DNA of 64,000 nt, taken from contig LVLI01000005.1 in NCBI GenBank assembly GCA_001687465.1, positions 186,001 to 250,000 of the forward strand, given 5' to 3'. Shown here piece after piece: positions 11,401-21,795 of this stretch. The stretch is from Halocafeteria seosinensis. Taxonomy: Eukaryota. Position numbers and translations under genes: made by a program. The notes below the pieces were generated by a model. It was given only the letters and a program-made list of their open reading frames with translations, did not search any database and was not told the DNA's origin. Each line of letters begins with the position of its first letter. Positions within the stretch are counted from its first letter, which is position 1.

Positions 11401-14400
11401 CAATATTTGAGAAGTATTGTAGCGCGTGCTATAGAAGAAATACAGAGGATTCATTGAGGATGCTGCGATTTCACTCTTGCTGCCTCATTTCTCAACTCGG
11501 GCATCGCGAGACGGCTATTAGGGTGCTGAGTTATCGATACTTGGTCGGAATGCTGACAGCATTTCCGTTTCTCATGTGGGATGAATTATGCGTCAACCAC
11601 CTTAATGCCGTCATTGGGTCTCTGAAAGACCGGGTGTCTAATAGTGCGTACAGTTATGAAGGAACCGGACGCAAAGGGTGCCTCCCTTGGCCGCCGCATC
11701 ACGGTGGTCTAAGACCTTGCTCCGTGCGCCCACCTTCGAAACGGTCCAAATTGATGGCTGTTGCAAATGAAGCAATCGAGTTTTCGGTCAACTGGGCAGC
11801 GCGTTCTCTGCTTATTAGAGGTTTGCCTGCTCCACAGAGTGGGGGAACACAGAACTTCGCTTTACGACCCACGGGTAGAGTCGAAATAATTTTCCGGGGC
11901 TGGCTGGAATATGCTATCTCCAATCACGAATCGCATGATTTTCCCATAGGGATGCGTCACGTGCTTGGGAGTACTCTTGACACATCCAGGTGGAAGGAAC
12001 GCGATTTTCAACTGCTCAGCACAGGATCTTTTTCTGGCCCTTCACCGGGGCACATCTCCCGTATCAGCGGACGGGCAGCGTCAGTAGTGACTGCGTGGCG
12101 GGACGTTGCGAATAGTAGCCTCGGTCGCCAAGCATGTGATTGGGGACTAAACAGTAGTGTATCGCTGCAAACCGCGAAAAAGCTTATGCAACTTTTGCAG
12201 CAGGATGGATGTCTTCCTCGATGGCTAGTTGATAACCAGCTCTATCTTGGTACCCTTCGGAAGCTATCTTCTGCTGGAGCACTTGCTGAAGACGATGTTG
12301 ACTCAGAAAGATTGACTGATATTGAGGAGGACAGCGATGACGCAGGATCTGCTGGGTCTAGTGTTTCTCACTCCGACAAAGCTCTAAACATGAATGAAAG
12401 TTCCTCGTCCTTGTTGAGCAGCGCGATACCAGTTGACGATACTTTATACACAGAACAGAAAAGTAACAGGCTCTATGACAGTGCAGTTCAAGGAAATTTT
12501 GCGACATCAGCGTACAATATGGAATCCATGCTGAAGAAGAGCTCCATTAATCACCTGCTACGGTGTTCCCAATCGTCTATGAGCGAGCTAGACTTACTGC
12601 ATCCTAAGGGTCTGTCAATCCCGCACGGTTGCGAGAAACATCATGTGATGAATGGTGTAGGGTTGGCCCTGAAGCACCTCGGCGCGGAGAAGCTTTTTTA
12701 CAGCATCTTGGAGGATCTCCAGGAGCTTTGCCAGGAGAGAAGCTTTTCGAAGTCTGCCGTATATGAGCCGTTCGAGTTGCATGTTGTACCACAGGCAACT
12801 TCCAAGCACGCTATTTGGAAGTGGGACTTAACCCCTACCGAGACCGAAGTCGGAAACATCATGCACTACTTAATATACGATTTATGTGGTCTGCAGACTC
12901 TGCACAAGCTCCCACGAGCGGATTGCAAAGACGAAAATTCGTCGAAGCCGTTTTTTTTCCTAAACCAAGTAACCGAGATCCTTTGCACCTGGAGTAGCGC
13001 TTCTATGCGTTTAGTCGGTCTGCTTATCAAAGCATTGGTATGGACTCCTTTCCGTTTCCACGGAGATGGAGAAGACTCATTCACAAAGGCTACGAAGTTG
13101 TGGGTCCAGGTGTTCTCCACCTGTAGGGCTTTACGGGGACTACTAGTTACTGAGATAATGGAAGCCTGGATGTGGAAGTTACACCAGGGACTTGAAGGCA
13201 CCCTTTCGGATCAGAACCATGTTGAGTGCCTTCAAGCGCTAGGAGCAACTTTGGACACGATGCTTACAGAGTGCGGTGCTATTGAACCGCTAGTACTTCA
13301 AGAAATATCCCGTGGTGTTGTTTGTGCGTACGCCGCTGTGAACGAATTGATAAATAGTACCTCTTGCCCTTATTTTGCTGCTCCTTTGGCGACGTTGACT
13401 CTTCGGCTTCTCCATCGTATGCAGGCACACGAAACGGGCGATATAACTGTCGAATCCTACGGCGCGACGACGGCATTTACTCCAAATAATTGTCGGTTCA
13501 CCGTTGGGTATAAGCAGAGTGATGGTAACGGTGTGCTGCGTGTAGGTGGCGTTGGAAAACGCAATGGTCCTCTCCCCTCCATCGATCTTAGCATCATTTT
13601 CCACTGCAACCAATACATTCTTGCTGCTGAGAGTGATATGGAAAGACCACAGTTCTCCCAGTTAGAGCTCCAACAGAATGAAGCCGAAGGTTCCGATGAG
13701 ACGGATGGCGATGAACAAGACGAAGTTGCGCCGCTTCCAGTTAGTGAAGAGAGAGAGCATCATTATAGAGACCTAGCATTCCAGTATGCGTGTTACACCG
13801 TCAGTCCAATCCATGATTGGTGCACTAACACACTTCAAACATGCGATCATCAGTGGAAGGATTACATTGGGAGTCCTGGGCTACTAAGGGCTCACGTTTA
13901 CCAGTTAGTTGGTATCGTTTTTTCGAAACACATCCGTCACGGTTGCCGCAAAAGAACACTTGATGAGTGGCTAGACCTGTGTCGGCGAATACATTTAGAT
14001 CGGCTGTTTTTGAGCTCGTCCTGCATTGCAGAGAGGGAAATTGTGCAGGTGGCGTACAGATTGGCCGGAGTTTCAGCCAGCGTAACTTCAGGTGCATCGG
14101 TCGCTAGTAACGTCGTTCACGCATCTACAGCTCTCCCTACAGAACCCAGATACGGAGAGCATTCTATTGATGACTACAGCGTTCGACATGACTCGGAGTC
14201 TGGGTCTATTGCTGTTAGTAGGAAGCCAACGAATAGAAAGAGTATACGTCGTCCCTCTACCGCGGGGACAAGTAGCAGTCTCAGCGTCTCAGGTGATACA
14301 GGTGTTGCGCAAGCCGCAAAGGAAGGCCCCCCGAACAAGCATAGAGAATATATGGAACAATTGACATCTGCGTTCAAATCGTACGGGGCATCAAAACCGT

Positions 14401-17400
14401 GGATAGTGGTCTCTTCGCCAGTTCGTCATTCCCAAGCTTCACCTTTGTTGTCACTGTTTGGACCGACGGTTCTGATGGATCCTTTTTCGCAAATATCTGA
14501 CAAACATCGCTTTGGTGCCACGTTACAGAGCTCCGGTTACCCGAAGGAACTATTAGCCGCTTTTTCGATTAGAGGTTTGTGTGCCAATGGAGTTGTCCAT
14601 GAATCCGTTTGGGACGAGAATCCGAACTCGCTAATAGTCGGAGTACATTCGGTCGAAAGGGTAGTGTCTCAGCTAGGATTTTTGATGACTGCATTATCTC
14701 ATGAGTTGGATATGATGTATTCGTGGTACAATCCTACGGGCTGTCCTGAGAAGCGGCTGCCAGAAGTCGAAGAGTTCTCCTTACATGCATATGCAATCTC
14801 CGTAGGCGCATCCAAGGGTCCGGCATGGAACGCAGAGAGAGCCTCTCTGGACGGTTCCAATGCAACAGGGATGACGGCCTCAAAAGAGCATGGGTGGGGT
14901 GTTCCGGGCATCAAAGGAATTGGACTTAGCTACGGCATCACTGGAGCCTCTTGGCAGCACCATGCTAACACAGCTTGGAGCATTCACCCGAAGGTAGCCA
15001 TTAATTCTTCCAAGCGCTTTCGTTCTGTTTCAAGCTTCGTTTGCTCCGTTGCCGAACTAGTTAGGAGATGTCCAAGTGTTGGGTGGCAGTTGCCAGAGTC
15101 GTTAACTCTCTTGAGCGATCCGTCAATCGTTGAAGATGGAGACTCAGCCCTATACGACCCGGACTTGATAGTGTACCGTCCCTGCCGTCCTTCGGTCATA
15201 CTCCGGCTTTTGGTTCGTTGTTTTCCTTCCTGCATGCGCAGTACTCCAGCTATTGCCTACCCAAGTATCGCCCTCTTCGTATCAAAGTCTTTGCGCAGAA
15301 TGACACCGGATGAAATCATTCCCTTCCTTCCTCAACTGGTGCAAGCGTTGCGTCATACACCTCACTTTATTCTGGAGAAGACAATGTGTGATCTAGCCCA
15401 GGCCAGCATCACGCTTGCTCACCGTCTGCTTTGGGCTCTACAGGCTGAATATGAGCCGCACGTAGAACCTCAAAAGAGCGGCCCATTGTTACGAACACAT
15501 GGGTTCCAAAACAGTTTGGCTGGAGAAGATCCTCTGTACTCTATATGTAATAGGGTAATTGTATCAATCCAGGAATCTTTGGGGCTTCGTGAGAAGCATA
15601 TTTTTGATGGCCAGTACAGGTTTTGGGAAGAAATTACCAACATCAGTGGTCGATTGAAACGTGAGGTAACAAAGGGAAGTGACAAGGACAGCAAAATAAC
15701 GTCCTTTCTGAAAGAACTGTCAAGCGAGTGCAAAGCGGAGTATCTGCAGTACATTGGCGATGTTTCGTCATTGAATAGGAGGCTCTCGCGGCAGATTCTC
15801 CGGTACACGCCAAACGAGAGCGGAAGTAGGAATGAGAATGAAAGCGGAGACCAAAGCCAAACTGGAACACATGTGGTGGAAGGGAGCTTAACTAGTTCCC
15901 TATCTCCCGAGGCTGCTAGAAGACTCATCTCCGACTTTCAAAATGCGTTTTTGAGGAAGGCATGTAAAAGGGCATATGGTGGTGCCGCGAGAATCCTTGG
16001 GACTACGATCCCCCGCAGACACAAAGTTACATCTCAAGCGACGGATACTACATCTCCTGAGAACTCAGAGAGCGTGGATAATCAAATTGCTGGCTTGCTT
16101 GAGGTGAATGCGGAAAGAGTCTTCCAAGATACCCTGATATACTTGCCTACTGATCCGTACAAGCGTTTGGTGCGTGTCATAGTCGACTCTGGAAGAGCCA
16201 TGCAGTCTGCCGCGAAGTGCCCCTACCTGCTTTCATTTGAGGTGGAAACGTTCGAAGGACCTGACTCATGGACCAAAGCAGTGATTGGGCGCGACCAGAT
16301 GTGGAAACAAAAAGCAATTAAAGGTCTCTCATCTCTTGGCGGAGAACAGGGTCCTCAAGTTGCTTCGGGGACCCGTAGGGGCAAACGAACTATGCAAGAT
16401 CGCTGGGATCAGCTGCGTTCGAAGACTCAGAGAACAAAAGCGAGAATGGTCGTGAAGAGACAAAAACTCCGCTCATATGTAAGAGAGGGGAGAACTCATG
16501 TTAGCAACGTTGTTGCTAGTAAGCGTAGACGGGCAAAGACAGCAATGGGTCACGCAATCAACGCTGTACGTCGGATTGGAAGACAGAAGGAGACGACTGC
16601 TGATACATCCAGTGATTCCCACCATAGTCAGACGGGAGATTCCGATGGCACAATGCATGACTTGGACGAGGAAGAAGAATACCTTAGTGATGCAACGGTT
16701 AAGTCTGTGCATACTCATGGATCACGGTCTACACAGTCCGACCAATCTTCTCTAAAGCAGCAAAGCGAAGAGATTCAATCCGGTGAAACGGAGCCAAAAA
16801 AATCCAAGAAGCTACGCTCGAAACTTGGGAAAGTGTTCAAGAGCCGGAGCAAAAGGAGGAAGGAGCAGGATCGACCTTTTGATGCTAACGAACCATCAGT
16901 CGCACCGAAGCCTGAGTCCAATTTACAAAAGCGAGGCTGTATTTTGAAAGTGTACGACGACATTCGACAGGATTTGTTAGCAATGCAAATAATTGACCTC
17001 CTAGCTTACCATTTCGAAATTGAGGACACTGATCTCATGCTGTTTCCATATAGAGTAATCCCGTCTCGCGTAGGAAAAGACCGTGCTCCAGGTGGTATTC
17101 TCGAGGTGATTCCAAACGCTAGATCTATGGATGATTTGGGCAAGAGTGGAGCAGAGAGTCTATTTGTACATTTCCTGAACTCTCATGGGAGGGTGGATAG
17201 TGAAGAATTCGAGAGAGCGCGAGCAAATTTTATCAGATCTGCTGCAGCGTATGCTGTGGCATGCTACATCCTTTGGGTGAAGGATAGGCATAACGGTAAT
17301 ATCATGATAGATAGTAAAGGAGATATGATTCACATAGATTTCGGCTTTTTACTCGGCATTAGCCCCGGAGGAAATTTGGGATTCGAGACGGCAGCTTTTA

Positions 17401-17741
17401 AGCTTACGCAAGAGATGATTGACGTCATGGGAGGTGATGTCAATGGTGAATTCTTCACTGAATTTCGAGAACTTTGTTGTCGAGGTTTACTAATTGCTGC
17501 TGAACAAAGCAGCGAGATTGAGGACATGGTATGCGGAATGGCGGACTCTGGACTCGAGTGCTTTACCTTCTCATATACATTAAACTTCCTACGCCAACGT
17601 TTACGATTTGGAGACAGCCCTAGAGATATTGCCGAGCATATGAGTGAGCGGGTGTTGGACTCTGCAAACAAGTCGTCCACGATATGGTACGACGGCATTC
17701 AGCGCCTCCAGCAAGGGATTCATTCGGAAGCATGGCAATAG
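8445..17741 (+). CDS. PI4KA: Phosphatidylinositol 4-kinase type III alpha (Stt4-like)
   Basis: Single 3098-aa ORF. PIK helical motif FLPQLVQALR, then MQSAAKCP, KVYDDIRQD, KDRHNGNIM, HIDFGF and ISPGGNLGFETAAFKLT. Confidence 0.93.
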   Translation: MYRHTLYSQLYGALSRSASSISGGNGEGHAAGHSQSKQRAIDHLYETAPTVDKLEHGVCVERLCACSSLLRIFKKQISAGEHTVNSDSRLIPYLQSLMENLAMLRYHKTAVEVALNTIDCAMLLATESAGSWADSVIESVLGGFRKLLKINTAKKEETETMGRFITCCLGQVRKCLMAYQCPQNLSHELLSLLVSFDQATYNNAAMYSSLGVSEDLLTQLHLSTLRCLDVGIEKGNVRGPQSDKEGVSDARTGDQNTLFHQLVRVADRQLKSPYPELRTNALSLLVKASQYLQRLDQPLLHHMIEELHEIKEIRSRTDLDLFSGVCDALVNFSGAETCGSVTDFIQVKGLELGCNSGKSASFINWEASNKLMDSIFDILCGQTSLSISNHSQRITAHFFEDCHPEQTQQNVDRVSLSDASDMEDNPSSLTDSIHLKLFQSIAAVCSHAFQFRESKDSASSYEEFIKKVKAGINKVYKLIRNELRGFEKSNRKRWIAQMTSLSSGHTFNSSRIAHTENGDLKSDPSEMMSAITKHYIAGSTYVRLLLPFLHSLPSDGVGETCAEILLNIFTSQVERLPKPQTSKATNGSNTDIHRGREAETVALEAAQSFSWIVSQSLANASRLSESWNQTIVQSLLSHCDECFDTSLSDKTIALSPQVVSPCLKYIVANLRPDLYPWQDTALKDIHSQILSRISQMGRVALQEIQKDGQPEASTQGSKPLRRGLFGRPKSPKKTLTNSSSQGSARRVYPYHYLLDHIGYLLPVLAEAMNQIWCQRRTTDIPKPGRAWKEVWLILVSCKFFSTHVWPQSWVDSVRTIALFAPPCTFGRESAEYQAKIDSLCQLVLGGNHGYQHALREDLTASLLKIPHVNKEQLQLLPASQIVYLHAIYVLESTRILCLHGKSKLEQQTMENAFVSIFAYFQDSIFYHALRGNSATDKDDSIRQIYSISGKSGRGSTAPSHRSRILLNDISFLGDKYCLVLGKIADAIFEKYCSACYRRNTEDSLRMLRFHSCCLISQLGHRETAIRVLSYRYLVGMLTAFPFLMWDELCVNHLNAVIGSLKDRVSNSAYSYEGTGRKGCLPWPPHHGGLRPCSVRPPSKRSKLMAVANEAIEFSVNWAARSLLIRGLPAPQSGGTQNFALRPTGRVEIIFRGWLEYAISNHESHDFPIGMRHVLGSTLDTSRWKERDFQLLSTGSFSGPSPGHISRISGRAASVVTAWRDVANSSLGRQACDWGLNSSVSLQTAKKLMQLLQQDGCLPRWLVDNQLYLGTLRKLSSAGALAEDDVDSERLTDIEEDSDDAGSAGSSVSHSDKALNMNESSSSLLSSAIPVDDTLYTEQKSNRLYDSAVQGNFATSAYNMESMLKKSSINHLLRCSQSSMSELDLLHPKGLSIPHGCEKHHVMNGVGLALKHLGAEKLFYSILEDLQELCQERSFSKSAVYEPFELHVVPQATSKHAIWKWDLTPTETEVGNIMHYLIYDLCGLQTLHKLPRADCKDENSSKPFFFLNQVTEILCTWSSASMRLVGLLIKALVWTPFRFHGDGEDSFTKATKLWVQVFSTCRALRGLLVTEIMEAWMWKLHQGLEGTLSDQNHVECLQALGATLDTMLTECGAIEPLVLQEISRGVVCAYAAVNELINSTSCPYFAAPLATLTLRLLHRMQAHETGDITVESYGATTAFTPNNCRFTVGYKQSDGNGVLRVGGVGKRNGPLPSIDLSIIFHCNQYILAAESDMERPQFSQLELQQNEAEGSDETDGDEQDEVAPLPVSEEREHHYRDLAFQYACYTVSPIHDWCTNTLQTCDHQWKDYIGSPGLLRAHVYQLVGIVFSKHIRHGCRKRTLDEWLDLCRRIHLDRLFLSSSCIAEREIVQVAYRLAGVSASVTSGASVASNVVHASTALPTEPRYGEHSIDDYSVRHDSESGSIAVSRKPTNRKSIRRPSTAGTSSSLSVSGDTGVAQAAKEGPPNKHREYMEQLTSAFKSYGASKPWIVVSSPVRHSQASPLLSLFGPTVLMDPFSQISDKHRFGATLQSSGYPKELLAAFSIRGLCANGVVHESVWDENPNSLIVGVHSVERVVSQLGFLMTALSHELDMMYSWYNPTGCPEKRLPEVEEFSLHAYAISVGASKGPAWNAERASLDGSNATGMTASKEHGWGVPGIKGIGLSYGITGASWQHHANTAWSIHPKVAINSSKRFRSVSSFVCSVAELVRRCPSVGWQLPESLTLLSDPSIVEDGDSALYDPDLIVYRPCRPSVILRLLVRCFPSCMRSTPAIAYPSIALFVSKSLRRMTPDEIIPFLPQLVQALRHTPHFILEKTMCDLAQASITLAHRLLWALQAEYEPHVEPQKSGPLLRTHGFQNSLAGEDPLYSICNRVIVSIQESLGLREKHIFDGQYRFWEEITNISGRLKREVTKGSDKDSKITSFLKELSSECKAEYLQYIGDVSSLNRRLSRQILRYTPNESGSRNENESGDQSQTGTHVVEGSLTSSLSPEAARRLISDFQNAFLRKACKRAYGGAARILGTTIPRRHKVTSQATDTTSPENSESVDNQIAGLLEVNAERVFQDTLIYLPTDPYKRLVRVIVDSGRAMQSAAKCPYLLSFEVETFEGPDSWTKAVIGRDQMWKQKAIKGLSSLGGEQGPQVASGTRRGKRTMQDRWDQLRSKTQRTKARMVVKRQKLRSYVREGRTHVSNVVASKRRRAKTAMGHAINAVRRIGRQKETTADTSSDSHHSQTGDSDGTMHDLDEEEEYLSDATVKSVHTHGSRSTQSDQSSLKQQSEEIQSGETEPKKSKKLRSKLGKVFKSRSKRRKEQDRPFDANEPSVAPKPESNLQKRGCILKVYDDIRQDLLAMQIIDLLAYHFEIEDTDLMLFPYRVIPSRVGKDRAPGGILEVIPNARSMDDLGKSGAESLFVHFLNSHGRVDSEEFERARANFIRSAAAYAVACYILWVKDRHNGNIMIDSKGDMIHIDFGFLLGISPGGNLGFETAAFKLTQEMIDVMGGDVNGEFFTEFRELCCRGLLIAAEQSSEIEDMVCGMADSGLECFTFSYTLNFLRQRLRFGDSPRDIAEHMSERVLDSANKSSTIWYDGIQRLQQGIHSEAWQ

Positions 17742-18138
17742 TTGCACTCCCGGTCCTTATTCACACAATAGACGAACATTAATTGCTTCTGTTGCTTGTA
17801 TATTGGAACGTTACTTGCTGTCTTGTATGTTACTCTTGCTACGGGTTACTTCCCGTTTTCCCCAACCATCTAATTGTTGTCTCATACCCTCCAAATTCCA
17901 TCCACCTCTTACATTACGGATCAGTTAAGGAAATCTTCATGATGACTTCATCTTTTATGTTCTTCTCAGTTCCTACGATGTTGAAGTTGGGCTGGTTTGC
18001 TTCCGTTAACGCGCCAAAAACGCGCCCCCGCGACAACTAGACGCACCCTATTCGGTAGATTTATGTACTGTACCCCTCCGTGTGTCTTTTAGTCTGCAGT
18101 ATACGCTCTTGGTCCCATGTACACGCTTGTTGAGTGAG

Positions 18139-21031
18139 ATGGACTCGCGAAGGAGAGGGGCCGAGTCCCCCGACGAAGAGGGGGAGGAGAAGCGCCCCGA
18201 TGTTCACGAGGGGGAACGAGCCAAAGAGAGGAGTAAGGAGATCGAGCAAGAGATACAGAGTTTGGATCGAACGGAGGAGCTAGAGGAGGTGGAGCAGGAG
18301 TTCCAGGAGGTCTTGCAGGGGCTCGTAGGCGATGCTACACTGGAAAAATTCCGAGGTGAATATGAGCGCTTGCATAACGCTCTTCGGCAATCTCATGCTA
18401 ATGAGAAGAAACTAGTACAAAAAGTCAGAGACTTAAATAATGAGCTCTCTAGTATGGGAGCCAAAGTGGCTCATGCCATGAAACTTAGCGAAGATGACGA
18501 TACTATGGTGTCCAAACTGCGGAAGCAAATCGATTCTCTGTATCAAAGTCTGGACCAAACCACCCATCGAGAGAAGGAAGCCAATAAAACCATCGAGAAA
18601 TTGCAACACGAGATATCGTCTATGACGGAAGTTGTGAACAGATACACAGCACTCATTGGCGAAGATACCACCTTGGAGGAAATCATCGAAGCCCGAGACA
18701 ACTATGCGCAGAAACACGAAGAAGCACTAGAAGCTCTGAGAGCAGAGCAAGAGAAAGTGGATAATCTAACAGCAGAAGTTGAGAGTTTGAAGATGAAAAA
18801 CAGAGAAAAGAAAGCCACCGTAGGCGAAATTAAGAACCAAGTGAAAGCAAAACAGGACGAGTTATTACGTGAACAGAAGAAGAGAGAAGGTGCAGAGCAG
18901 CAGATTGCACAAATGCGCTCCGATTTACAGGAAAGGACAAAACAGTTAGATGAATTACAAAACGCTTTTATGGAAAGCGAAAAAGAATCGAAGAACCGTT
19001 TAGATGCCGTTAGTGAAGCAAAGTCCCAGCTGAAGGAGCAAATGTTAGAGTTCCACGAAGCCCAGGAGAGTATAAAGCGACTCACACAGCAGTTAACAGA
19101 GATGGAGCGAAGGCATGATTCTGTAGCTGAAGCAAAGAATAAAGCAGAAAAAGAAGTCCATCAAGTAAGGCAAGAGAAAAACAAGGCCGAGAGTCAAATT
19201 CGAGGGCTGGAGCGTACAAACAAGAGTCTGGAATCCCGCGTGGAACGCCTCCGGAAGTCGCTAGACGAACAAAAACTAGAATACCAAACGCTGGAAAACG
19301 AGTACAAAACGCAAACACATTCGCTTCAAGCACAATCTAAAGAAACCCAGAGGAAGGAAAAAGAGGTATCCAAGACTCAGAAGGAATTGGAAAAGCAAGG
19401 TGAAAAACTATCCAAGGAAGAGCAGAAGAAGCAGGAGAAAGAAGCAGAATTAACGCAAGAAAAGAAGCGCATACAGGAACTGGAGCAAGAAAACCAGACT
19501 CTCCGAAGGAACGCAGAGAAATCTAGAAATGTCATTGATAAGATGACGTTACACGCTCGGCAACTGAAACTGGACCTACAAAAACAAAAGGACCAAAACG
19601 AGGAGTTGCAGAGTCAACTGCAAATGAAGGATTCCCAGATTGCGGAAACAGAGAAGAAGGAGTCAGAACTACTTTCTCGATTAAAGCATCAGCAGTCTCT
19701 GTATGAGAGTGTCCGATCAGATCGTAACATGTACAGCAAGCAGTTGATTGAATCGCAAGACGAAATATCGGAGATGAAGCGTAAATTTAAGGTGATGACT
19801 CATCAAATCGAACAGTTAAAAGACGATATTGCGAACAAGGATAGGGCTCTGGTAGCTGAGCACTTCGAAAAGAAGAGTGTGTCCAAAATGCTGCAGCAAC
19901 GCACACATGAGGTACGTCGAATGGTCGCAGTGTTTTTCTGAAACGAGTGCAGTACCTGATTGACTATTGGTATATACCGCAGAACGAGGAATTAAAGAAA
20001 CTGCTCAATGACTCAGACAACAATGCTGCTCAACTGGGGAAGGAACTGGACCAGTTGAATGCCGCAATAAGGAAACAGGACGAAGAAGCTCGCCATCAGA
20101 AGAGGAAATTAGGTGATGTACGTAAACGAAATCCTTCTTCCTCTTGTTGGATATTCTTATTTTGACACGCATTACGTTATGCTTGCAGCTTGTGACGGAA
20201 CGAGATATTTTGGGAACACAACTTATCCGAAGAAACGACGAACTCGCGCTGCTTCGAGAAAAAATCGATATCATGCAAAGCACACTCAAGAAAGGGGAGG
20301 CGCAGTACAAAGAAAAAGTGGATTATATAAGGATGTTGAAGACGAAACTGGCTGATGTACGACGGGAGCTAACAATCGCGAACTCTAACGCTGGTAAGAT
20401 GACGGAGATGCAACGGGAGATAAACCGACTTCAGAAGGAGTTACTGCAAGAAAAGACAAAGGTCAAAGCACTATCTGAAGAGCTTGAAAACCCCATGAAT
20501 GTTCATCGGTGGCGCAAGTTGGAGGGTAGTGATCCAGCGACGTATGAACTAATCCAGAAAGTTCAAACTCTGCAAAAACGCTTAATCAGCAAAACAGAGG
20601 AGGCTGTGGAGAAGGATCTACTTCTTCAGGAGAAACAGAAGCTATACGTAGAACTTAAGAACATCCTTGCCCGGCAGCCTGGTCCCGAAGTTGCCGAAAA
20701 ACTATCGAAATATCAGCAGCTGCTGAGCGAAAAAACACGACAAATGAAAGCGTTGGCTAGCGAACTCAACATGTCACAGGCAAACGCGAACGAGTACCAG
20801 TACGAGTCCCAACGATTGCACACCGAGTTGCAAGACTTGAAGAAACGATACTACGAATTGAAAAAGCGTAGTACAGGTGGCCTTGGTTCATCACAGGATA
20901 AACAAAATACCACCGACGTGGATCCTAACGATCCTGAAGCATTTGCTCAAAAGCTCGCCTCTGAGCAAAAATCCAGGAATCTGTCTAGTGGTCCTCGGTT
21001 TACTGGGGGCGGATTCAATGTTGAGATGTGA
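18139..21031 (+). CDS. CFAP58: Cilia- and flagella-associated protein 58
   Basis: Long coiled coil with LYESVRSDRNMYSK, ERDILGTQLIRRNDEL, ELENPMNVHRWRKLEGSDP and LARQPGPE. Two GT-AG introns near 19.9 and 20.1 kb. Confidence 0.92.
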
Positions 21032-21109
21032 GTATGATGTAACACAATACACACACATAGACACTGATTGAAATGACATTATTATGGGAAAGTTCCCCGT
21101 TGTGTCTCT

Positions 21110-21728
21110 CTACCCTTGTTGGTCTAGCTGCGGCTCAAGCGCTTGAGGGTATGGTAAGTTCAGAAAACTGCGGATACATGCCAACCTCGGTGCCGATGGA
21201 AACCTGAGCGTATTCTGTAGTAGTACTTCGAGCTGCCGTCGTCGCCTTTCTAGCACTTGGTCATCTGTGGGTCTTGTCCATGTTTTGTCGGGTAACTCCG
21301 GTATTTGGTCCTTGTAGGGTTCCATATGTTTGTTGGCCAGTAATTGCTTCCGCAGGGTGACGAATTCTCGATATCGCCTGCGCACTGTAATTTCTTGATC
21401 TTCAATCTTTAATCGTATATCGTAATACGTCACTCGCCCTTGGGCATCCCACGAGTAGGAGGGAATCGTTAGTGTGAATACATTCCCCGGGTACCGGGGA
21501 GACCTGTGTCTTTATGGCATACAGCACCTCGTAGAGCTTGCGGAAGTTGAACACGGTGGGTGGAGAGCGTGCTTACCATTTGTCGGGCGACAAATAGGCC
21601 ACTGCGCAGTCTGTCATGTAGGCCAATCGCTCCGGTATTTGCGTGGTAAAGCTCTGCTGATGCTGTGGTGGTGGAGCTTTTTGAGTTTCATCTTCTTCCT
21701 TTGATTTGGATTGATTTGACCCTCCCAT
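21110..21728 (-). CDS. Small PX-domain protein
   Basis: VRRRYREFVTLR...PELPDK...LERRRRQLE is a PX domain. The upstream exon starts MGGSNQS (possible N-myristoylation). One intron. Confidence 0.8.
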
Positions 21729-21795
21729 TATGTGTTTTATTAGTATTTTAGATCAGTTAGTTTGTGTTGAGCTGTAACAAGTCATAGACAATAAA

